This document shows positions 56,367-64,000 of a DNA stretch of 64,000 nt, piece by piece. Below the pieces are notes generated by a model that was given only the letters and a program-made list of their open reading frames with translations, was not told the DNA's origin and ran no database searches. Location of the stretch: NCBI RefSeq assembly GCF_024502345.1, contig NZ_JALDNN010000001.1. The stretch is one strand, 5' to 3'. This DNA comes from Escherichia coli (GTDB taxonomy: Bacteria > Pseudomonadota > Gammaproteobacteria > Enterobacterales > Enterobacteriaceae). Each line of letters begins with the position of its first letter. The stretch's first letter is position 1. The translations under genes were made by a program, and so were the position numbers.

Positions 56367-56504
56367 TCAACGCTGAGGCCAGATAATACTCTCTGGCCTC
56401 TCTCTTATTAGTTATTCTGATTGCCAATTAATATTATCAATTTCCGCTAATAACAATCCCGCGATATAGTCTCTGCATCAGATACTTAATTCGGAATATC
56501 CAAC

Positions 56505-57140
56505 GTGTTTTCTTATTACTTTCAAGGCCTTACGCTTGGCGCAGCTATGATCCTACCGCTCGGTCCACAAAATGCTTTTGTGATGAATCAGGGCATTCGT
56601 CGTCAGTACCACATTATGATTGCCTTACTTTGCGCTATCAGCGATTTGGTCCTGATTTGCGCCGGGATTTTTGGTGGCAGCGCGTTATTGATGCAGTCGC
56701 CGTGGTTGCTGGCGCTGGTCACCTGGGGCGGCGTAGCCTTCTTGCTCTGGTATGGTTTTGGCGCTTTTAAAACAGCGATGAGCAGTAATATTGAGTTAGC
56801 CAGTGCCGAAGTCCTGAAGCAAGGAAGATGGAAAATTATCGCCACCATGTTGGCAGTGACCTGGCTGAATCCGCATGTTTACCTGGATACTTTTGTTGTA
56901 CTGGGCAGCCTTGGCGGGCAGCTTGACGTCGAACCAAAACGTTGGTTTGCGCTCGGGACAATTAGCGCCTCTTTCCTGTGGTTCTTTGGTCTGGCTATTC
57001 TCGCAGCCTGGCTGGCACCGCGCCTGCGCACGGCAAAATCACAGCGCATTATCAATCTGGTAGTGGGATGTGTCATGTGGTTTATAGCCTTGCAGCTGGC
57101 GAGAGACGGTATTGCTCATGCACAAGCCTTGTTCAGTTAG
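56505..57140 (+). CDS. argO: arginine exporter, LysE family (211 aa)
   Basis: Length; synteny. Confidence 0.85.
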   Translation: MFSYYFQGLTLGAAMILPLGPQNAFVMNQGIRRQYHIMIALLCAISDLVLICAGIFGGSALLMQSPWLLALVTWGGVAFLLWYGFGAFKTAMSSNIELASAEVLKQGRWKIIATMLAVTWLNPHVYLDTFVVLGSLGGQLDVEPKRWFALGTISASFLWFFGLAILAAWLAPRLRTAKSQRIINLVVGCVMWFIALQLARDGIAHAQALFS

Positions 57141-57232
57141 GCGCTATCTGATGGAAAAATAAAACAGAGGCGCTAAGCTTGCCTCCAGAGGTCCTGAATT
57201 TTGGGCAAGTCAATTAACACGGAGAGACTAAC

Positions 57233-57973
57233 GTGAAGTTCAAAGTTATCGCCCTGGCGGCATTAATGGGTATTAGCGGGATGGCAGCGCAGGCTAACGA
57301 ATTGCCGGATGGACCGCATATTGTCACCTCCGGTACGGCAAGCGTGGATGCGGTGCCAGACATTGCCACTCTTGCGATTGAAGTCAATGTGGCCGCAAAG
57401 GATGCCGCTACTGCCAAGAAACAGGCAGATGAGCGCGTCGCACAATACATTTCCTTCCTTGAACTCAATCAGATCGCGAAAAAAGATATCAGCTCAGCGA
57501 ACTTACGCACCCAGCCAGATTATGATTATCAGGATGGTAAAAGTATCCTTAAAGGCTACCGCGCTGTGAGAACGGTGGAAGTCACGCTCCGTCAGTTAGA
57601 CAAACTGAATTCCTTGCTGGATGGCGCGCTGAAGGCGGGTCTTAACGAAATTCGTTCTGTGTCGCTGGGCGTGGCGCAGCCGGATGCCTATAAAGACAAA
57701 GCGCGTAAGGCAGCGATTGATAACGCGATTCATCAGGCGCAGGAACTGGCGAACGGCTTTCATCGTAAACTGGGGCCGGTATATAGCGTGCGCTACCATG
57801 TTTCCAACTATCAGCCCAGCCCAGTGGTGCGGATGATGAAAGCCGATGCCGCGCCGGTGTCCGCCCAGGAAACTTACGAGCAGGCCGCTATTCAGTTTGA
57901 TGATCAGATCGATGTGGTCTTCCAGTTAGAACCTGTGGATCAACAACCCGCTAAAACACCTGCAGCACAATAA
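57233..57973 (+). CDS. yggE: DUF541 / SIMPL-like periplasmic protein (246 aa)
   Basis: Signal peptide; synteny. Confidence 0.8.
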   Translation: MKFKVIALAALMGISGMAAQANELPDGPHIVTSGTASVDAVPDIATLAIEVNVAAKDAATAKKQADERVAQYISFLELNQIAKKDISSANLRTQPDYDYQDGKSILKGYRAVRTVEVTLRQLDKLNSLLDGALKAGLNEIRSVSLGVAQPDAYKDKARKAAIDNAIHQAQELANGFHRKLGPVYSVRYHVSNYQPSPVVRMMKADAAPVSAQETYEQAAIQFDDQIDVVFQLEPVDQQPAKTPAAQ

Positions 57974-58140
57974 TACTTGTAGCCCGACGTATTCGTCGGG
58001 CTAATGCCTTTACCCGATATTGCCTCCTTTTTCTGTAATTTTCTGTAAAACCATGACGTAATCACCTATCTTTGCTCGCGGTTTCATCAAGGATAGGCTG
58101 ACTGAAACGGTTAAGCGGACAAGGATGCGGGGGAGGGGGG

Positions 58141-59037
58141 ATGGACATTTTTATTTCGAAAAAGATGCGCAATTTCATTTTATTAGCGCAAACCAATAAT
58201 ATTGCCCGGGCGGCAGAAAAAATCCATATGACGGCTTCGCCATTTGGTAAAAGCATTGCCGCGCTGGAAGAACAAATTGGCTATACGCTATTTACCCGCA
58301 AAGATAATAATATCAGCCTCAATAAAGCCGGACAGGAACTGTATCAAAAACTGTTCCCGGTTTATCAACGGCTTTCTGCGATTGATAATGAAATCCATAA
58401 CTCAGGGCGTCGTTCACGAGAAATTGTGATTGGCATAGATAATACTTATCCGACAATTATTTTCGATCAGTTGATTAGTCTCGGAGATAAGTATGAAGGC
58501 GTGACCGCCCAGCCAGTTGAGTTCAGCGAAAACGGCGTTATCGATAATCTTTTTGACCGCCAGTTAGATTTTATTATCTCCCCACAGCATGTATCTGCAC
58601 GAGTTCAGGAACTGGAAAACCTGACTATCAGTGAACTACCACCGCTGCGATTAGGCTTTCTCGTTTCTCGCCGTTATGAAGAGCGTCAAGAGCAAGAGCT
58701 GCTTCAGGAGCTGCCCTGGCTACAAATGCGCTTTCAGAACCGGGCCAACTTCGAAGCAATGATTGATGCGAATATGCGACCTTGTGGGATCAATCCAACC
58801 ATTATTTATCGTCCCTACAGTTTTATGGCCAAAATCAGCGCCGTGGAGCGCGGACATTTTCTGACGGTGATCCCGCATTTTGCCTGGCGACTGGTGAATC
58901 CGGCAACGCTGAAATATTTTGATGCGCCGCACAGGCCGATGTATATGCAGGAATATCTTTATTCAATCAGAAATCATCGTTATACCGCCACGATGCTTCA
59001 GCATATTGCTGAAGATCGTGACGGGACAAACCATTAA
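58141..59037 (+). CDS. ygfI: LysR-family transcriptional regulator (298 aa)
   Basis: Size and position next to the scp operon. Confidence 0.65.
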   Translation: MDIFISKKMRNFILLAQTNNIARAAEKIHMTASPFGKSIAALEEQIGYTLFTRKDNNISLNKAGQELYQKLFPVYQRLSAIDNEIHNSGRRSREIVIGIDNTYPTIIFDQLISLGDKYEGVTAQPVEFSENGVIDNLFDRQLDFIISPQHVSARVQELENLTISELPPLRLGFLVSRRYEERQEQELLQELPWLQMRFQNRANFEAMIDANMRPCGINPTIIYRPYSFMAKISAVERGHFLTVIPHFAWRLVNPATLKYFDAPHRPMYMQEYLYSIRNHRYTATMLQHIAEDRDGTNH

Positions 59038-60512
59038 CCCAGCATCGAGCCGGTTGCAATTAAATTACGGTGTAAGTCGAAGACGTGGCTAAGATCGTGG
59101 TGAATATGTCCGCCAGGCGCATTTTCCAGATAGCGATGCAGATAATCCCGATACATAGGATGTGCACAATTATCAATGATCGTGCGGGCGCGTTGAAGCG
59201 GGGAAAGACCGCGCAGATCGGCGATCCCTTGTTCGGTGATGATCACTTTGACGCTGTGTTCGCTGTGATCAACATGGCTGCACATTGGCACGACGGTTGA
59301 GATCTTGCCTTCTTTAGCAATCGACGGGGCCATAAAGATCGACAGATACGCGTTGCGTTCAAAATCACCGCTGCCGCCGATGCCGTTCATCAGATCGACC
59401 CCGGCTACGTGCGTTGAGTTGGCATGCCCGTAAATATCAAACTCCAGGCCGACGTTCAGAGCGATGACGCCCAGACGACGGATGATTTCCGGGTTATTGG
59501 AAATCTCCTGCGGACGCAACACAATGCGGCTGGCAAAGTAATCCATATTGTCGTAAATCTTGCGCAGGGAATCGGCCGAGATTGTCAGGCTGGAGGCGCT
59601 GGCCCCGCTGATTTTGCCGGTTTCCAGTAAATGCACCACCGATTCCTGTAGCACTTCCGAATACATCATAAACGGAGGAATTTCCGGGTTTTCCCCCAGA
59701 CGCGCCATTACCGCATTATTGATATTGCCCACGCCACTTTGCAGCGGCAGAAATTCCGGCGGAATACGCCCATTCGCCATTTCCTGCAACAAGAACGTGA
59801 CCACGTTATCGGCAATCTGCTGGCACATGGGATTTTGCTTATCCAGCATATTACCGGCGTCGGGCAAGTTGGTTTCCACGACGGCGACAATCTTTTTCGG
59901 CTCGATTTGCACATAGCGGGTACCGACGCGATCCATTGCATGGAAGATCGACACGCTATTGCGCCGCGGTGGCGCGCCAGGAATCACAATATCCGCCAGT
60001 TCGGCAACGCGCGCATCGTGATAGTGATTGAGTTCAATGATCACTTTCTTCGCCCGCAGCAGCCAGGTCGGCGCATTACCGATCCCGCTGGTTAACCAGA
60101 CTCGACCATCCGGTGCCAGAGCCGATGCTTCGATGACGGCAACATCAATGTCGCCGAAGAAACCGTAATTAACCATTTGCGCCACTTCGCTCAAATGCAG
60201 GTCAACGAAACTCACCGCGCCCTGATTGATCTTTTTACGTAAACCGGACGATGTTTGATATGGCGCACGCCAGGAAACAGCATCGGCGTCAGAAAGTACA
60301 TCGTCAGCGGCGGCGCTGATTGACGCACCCGTCAGCAGGCGAATTTGATACGGCTTTTTGGCCTCATGCTGTTCGTTAGCTCTGCGGGCAATCGCGGTCG
60401 GTAAGGCTTTCGGCGAACCCGCTGGGGTAAAGCCGCTAAATGCCACCATGTCGTTATGCTGGATAATTTCTGCCGCTTCATCGGCGGTCATCCTTGTCCA
60501 CTGAGTTTCCAT
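59034..60512 (-). CDS. scpC: propionyl-CoA:succinate CoA-transferase (492 aa)
   Basis: Length; synteny. Confidence 0.85.
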   Translation of the reverse strand: METQWTRMTADEAAEIIQHNDMVAFSGFTPAGSPKALPTAIARRANEQHEAKKPYQIRLLTGASISAAADDVLSDADAVSWRAPYQTSSGLRKKINQGAVSFVDLHLSEVAQMVNYGFFGDIDVAVIEASALAPDGRVWLTSGIGNAPTWLLRAKKVIIELNHYHDARVAELADIVIPGAPPRRNSVSIFHAMDRVGTRYVQIEPKKIVAVVETNLPDAGNMLDKQNPMCQQIADNVVTFLLQEMANGRIPPEFLPLQSGVGNINNAVMARLGENPEIPPFMMYSEVLQESVVHLLETGKISGASASSLTISADSLRKIYDNMDYFASRIVLRPQEISNNPEIIRRLGVIALNVGLEFDIYGHANSTHVAGVDLMNGIGGSGDFERNAYLSIFMAPSIAKEGKISTVVPMCSHVDHSEHSVKVIITEQGIADLRGLSPLQRARTIIDNCAHPMYRDYLHRYLENAPGGHIHHDLSHVFDLHRNLIATGSMLG

Positions 60513-60535
60513 TTTTACTCCTTCGTTCGCAGGGA

Positions 60536-61321
60536 TTAATGACCAACGAAATTAGGTTTACGTTTTTCGAGGAAAGCGTTCATCCCTTCCTGGTAATCTT
60601 CGCTGTCATAAACCGCGCGGCGCATCCCCTGAATACGTTCAAATTCATCGGAGTTCATGGTGTGCGCTTCGCCCAGTACACGCAGCTCTTCTTTGATAAC
60701 AGCAATGGCTAACGGCGCTTTCTCAGAGATGTGGTGCGCCATTTGTAAGGTGAAATCTTCCAGTTCTTCCACTTCCACAACATGGTTGAGGATGCCGACA
60801 GCCAGCGCGCGCTGGGCGGTGATGGGCGAAGCGGTAAAAATCAGTTCTTTGACAATGTGGAAGCCCGCGTCGCGGGTCAGGTTGTGAATGCCGACCAGGT
60901 TATACGGGACGCCGAGGTTTACAGGCGTCATTGAGAAGGTTGAGGTACTGGCGGCGATAATCAGATCGGAACTCATGATCATTTCAAATGCGCCACCCCA
61001 AACACTACCTTCCACCATTGAAATGATCGGTTTCGGGAATTTTTGGATCATGCGGGTGATTTGACGCAATGGATCATCATAGGAGAGCGGATCGCGACCG
61101 CCAGACGGCAGTTCGTGAATATCGTGGCCTGCGGAGAAGACTTTGGATCCACTCGGCGCGCGCAAAATGATACAGCGAATTTCCGGCCGGTTGAGATCGC
61201 TTAATGCCTGCATAAGATCATCAATAAAGACTTTACTTAAGGCATTAAGTTTGCGGCCATAGTTAAAGTCAATGACCGCCACTTTGTTGATAGTGACAAC
61301 GTTAACATACTGATAAGACAT
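60536..61321 (-). CDS. scpB: methylmalonyl-CoA decarboxylase, crotonase family (261 aa)
   Basis: Start MSYQYVNVVTINKVAVI at internal Met of the ORF. Confidence 0.85.
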   Translation of the reverse strand: MSYQYVNVVTINKVAVIDFNYGRKLNALSKVFIDDLMQALSDLNRPEIRCIILRAPSGSKVFSAGHDIHELPSGGRDPLSYDDPLRQITRMIQKFPKPIISMVEGSVWGGAFEMIMSSDLIIAASTSTFSMTPVNLGVPYNLVGIHNLTRDAGFHIVKELIFTASPITAQRALAVGILNHVVEVEELEDFTLQMAHHISEKAPLAIAVIKEELRVLGEAHTMNSDEFERIQGMRRAVYDSEDYQEGMNAFLEKRKPNFVGH

Positions 61322-61331
61322 AAAAATTCCT

Positions 61332-62327
61332 TTAATCAAAATATTGCGTCTGGATAAATTCACTGAGCTGCCGCAGGCCGGTGCGCGGTGAGAGCGTATT
61401 GTTATTGACCGCTAAAAGCGTCTGGCGGTAATAGCGATCGAAATCTTCATTCGCGAACAGGTGATTCAGTACTTCTTCTTCGGTCTGCTTACGCAGCCAT
61501 TCCACCGATTGTTGTTGCCGCACTTGTTGTAAACGACCACTGGCAGTTAGCGCGGTTTTGAAGTCGATGATGGCGTGCCAGATCTCATCGATTCCACGTT
61601 TTTCCAGTGCGCTACAAGTCAGAATCCGTGGCTGCCATTCGTCGTATTTACGTCGCAGAATATGCAGGGCACTCTCGTACATATGCCGGGCAATGGCGAC
61701 ATTGGTATGGTTATCGCCATCGTCTTTGTTGATAACGATCAGATCAGCCACTTCCATCAGCCCTTTTTTAATGCCCTGCAGATCATCGCCGCCACCGGCA
61801 ATTTGCAACGAGATAAAACAGTCCACCATGCGGGCGACTTCTGTTTCCGACTGCCCGACGCCAACCGTTTCGACAATCACTACGTCATAACCCGCTGCTT
61901 CGCATAACAGCATTAATTCCCGCGCTCGCTGACTGGCACCGCCCAGATGACCGGAGGATGGTACCGGGCGAATAAACGCCGCTTCGGCACGCGCCAGGTC
62001 ATTCATGCGGGTTTTATCCCCGAGAATGCTACCGCCAGTGACCGGGCTGCTGGGATCGACCGCAATAACCGCGACCTTTAATCCCTCTCGAATCAACAAC
62101 ATGCCAAAGGCCTCAAGAAAGGTACTTTTCCCCGCGCCGGGGGTGCCGGTAACGCCCAGTCGCAGGGTGTTACCGCAGTACGGCATAATGGCATCAAGCA
62201 GCTGCGTACTTAGTGCCTGATGACGCGGGTGACGGCTTTCCACCAGCGTCATGGCCTGGGCGAGTGTGGCACGCTCACCCTGACGTAAGCGGCGAATACT
62301 TTCTGCCAGCGTGGCTTCATTAATCAT
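61332..62327 (-). CDS. argK: methylmalonyl-CoA mutase-associated GTPase, MeaB/ArgK (331 aa)
   Basis: P-loop GTPGAGKST; synteny. Confidence 0.85.
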   Translation of the reverse strand: MINEATLAESIRRLRQGERATLAQAMTLVESRHPRHQALSTQLLDAIMPYCGNTLRLGVTGTPGAGKSTFLEAFGMLLIREGLKVAVIAVDPSSPVTGGSILGDKTRMNDLARAEAAFIRPVPSSGHLGGASQRARELMLLCEAAGYDVVIVETVGVGQSETEVARMVDCFISLQIAGGGDDLQGIKKGLMEVADLIVINKDDGDNHTNVAIARHMYESALHILRRKYDEWQPRILTCSALEKRGIDEIWHAIIDFKTALTASGRLQQVRQQQSVEWLRKQTEEEVLNHLFANEDFDRYYRQTLLAVNNNTLSPRTGLRQLSEFIQTQYFD

Positions 62328-64000
62328 GATGCTGGCTTATCAGATTCAGTACGTCGCGCACACTGTCGAGCATAGGTGTACCTGGACCATAAATCGCCGC
62401 CACGCCGCGCTCTTGCAGGAAGGCGTAATCCTGCGGCGGAATGACGCCACCCGCGACCACGCAGATATCTTCGCGTCCCCATTTTTTCAGCGCTTCGACC
62501 AGTTCCGGGATCAGCGTTTTATGACCGGCAGCCAGTGAGGATGCGCCCACTACGTGAACGTCGTTTTCTACGGCCAGGCGGGCGATCTCTTCAGGTGTAG
62601 AGAACATCGGGCTTAAATCTACGTCGAAACCGAGATCGGAATAGGCGCTGGCGATCACTTTCGCGCCGCGATCGTGTCCATCCTGGCCCATCTTAGCGAT
62701 CAGAATGCGCGGGCGACGACCATTGTCGGCAAGGAACTGCTCCGTTTGCGCAACAATGGCATCGAACTCGGAGGCCGATTTCTCAGACTGATGATAGCTT
62801 TGCGCAATCACGCCGGTAACACACTGGCTTGGCACCAGATAACGGTCGAAAGCGGCTTCCAGCGCATCGGAAATTTCACCCAGGGTGGCGCGAACGCGAG
62901 CGGCATTAACAGCGGCAGCCAGCAGGTTTTCGTTATGCTGTGCGGCGTGAGTCAGGGCGTTCAACGCGGCGGTTACGGCGGCATCATCACGGGTGGCGCG
63001 AATGCGTTCCAGCGAAGCAATTTGCTCGTTACGCACCATCACGTTGTCGATCTCAAGTACATCGGTTTCGTCTTCGTGATCCAGTTTGTACTTGTTGACA
63101 CCAACGATGACACGTTTGCCCTGGTCGATAAGCGACTGTTCGCGCGCTGAGGCCTCTTCGATCATTCGTTTTGGCAGACCTGCTTCGATCGCTTTCGCCA
63201 TACCACCGGCTTCGTCGATCTGTTGGATAATAGCTCTGGCTTGTTTGACGATTTGATCGGTCAGCGACTCAATGTAATAGGATCCGGCCAGTGGATCGAC
63301 GGTGCGGCAGAGTTCTGATTCTTCCTGGATGATGATCTGGGTGTTGCGGGCAATGCGTGCTGAGAAATCGGTAGGCAAACCAAGCGCTTCGTCAAAGGCG
63401 TTGGTATGCAGTGACTGAGTACCGCCTAGCGTCGCAGCCAGCGCTTCAATGGTGGTGCGGATAACGTTGTTATACGGATCCTGTTCAGTCAGGCTCCAGC
63501 CTGAGGTCTGGCAGTGGGTACGCAGCGCCAGTGATTTCGGGTCCTGTGCGCCAAATCCACTGACCGCTTCGCTCCATAAATAACGTGCCGCACGCAACAT
63601 GGCGACGTTCATAAACAGATCCATGCCGATGCCGAAGAAGAACGACAGGCGAGGAGCGAAGTCATCAATTTTCAGTCCGGCAGAGATTGCTGCTTTGATG
63701 TACTCAATCCCATCAGCGAGCGTAAATGCTACCTGCTGCATGCAGTTGGCACCCGCTTCACCCATGTGGTAACCGCTGATACTGATGGTATTAAATCGCG
63801 GCATGTTGCCGGAACACCAGGCGATGATGTCGGCGATAATGCGCATTGACGGTTTTGGTGGGTAAATATAGGTGTTGCGGCAGAGGTACTCTTTGAGAAT
63901 ATCGTTTTGAATGGTGCCGGTCAGTTTATCAGGTGTAACACCTTGCTCTTCTGCGGCGACGATATAAAACGCCAGTACTGGTAGCACTGCGCCATTCATG
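62320..64000 (-). CDS. scpA: methylmalonyl-CoA mutase, C-terminal roughly 560 codons; 5' end beyond window
   Basis: Open frame to window end; B12-binding C-terminal domain ([11 protein letters not shown]). Confidence 0.85.
   Translation of the reverse strand, partial: MNGAVLPVLAFYIVAAEEQGVTPDKLTGTIQNDILKEYLCRNTYIYPPKPSMRIIADIIAWCSGNMPRFNTISISGYHMGEAGANCMQQVAFTLADGIEYIKAAISAGLKIDDFAPRLSFFFGIGMDLFMNVAMLRAARYLWSEAVSGFGAQDPKSLALRTHCQTSGWSLTEQDPYNNVIRTTIEALAATLGGTQSLHTNAFDEALGLPTDFSARIARNTQIIIQEESELCRTVDPLAGSYYIESLTDQIVKQARAIIQQIDEAGGMAKAIEAGLPKRMIEEASAREQSLIDQGKRVIVGVNKYKLDHEDETDVLEIDNVMVRNEQIASLERIRATRDDAAVTAALNALTHAAQHNENLLAAAVNAARVRATLGEISDALEAAFDRYLVPSQCVTGVIAQSYHQSEKSASEFDAIVAQTEQFLADNGRRPRILIAKMGQDGHDRGAKVIASAYSDLGFDVDLSPMFSTPEEIARLAVENDVHVVGASSLAAGHKTLIPELVEALKKWGREDICVVAGGVIPPQDYAFLQERGVAAIYGPGTPMLDSVRDVLNLISQHHD

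Overview
Analysis by eye only, with no database search or computation. The window is about 64 kb of an Escherichia coli-type chromosome. Gene order and protein lengths match, from memory, the K-12 region running from pheV through speC, mutY, ansB, metK, speAB, tktA, pgk and fbaA to the sbm (scpA) operon, in inverted orientation. Against that backbone, four segments look accessory relative to K-12: (1) 1..7805, an island at the 3' end of tRNA-Phe carrying two P4-type integrases in convergent orientation, a DUF927-like helicase protein, and several orphan genes; (2) 19745..22580, a TRAP transporter operon between yggM and hemW; (3) 37520..38251, a lipoprotein gene inside the speA-speB pair; (4) 48174..51250, an ECF-type transporter module plus a DUF296-like protein between yggC and epd. 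The most likely place for an undescribed system is the pheV island, but no function can be assigned from sequence alone. No CRISPR array, rRNA or transposase was seen. Gene symbols are recalled from K-12 synteny and protein N-termini and should be confirmed by BLAST.
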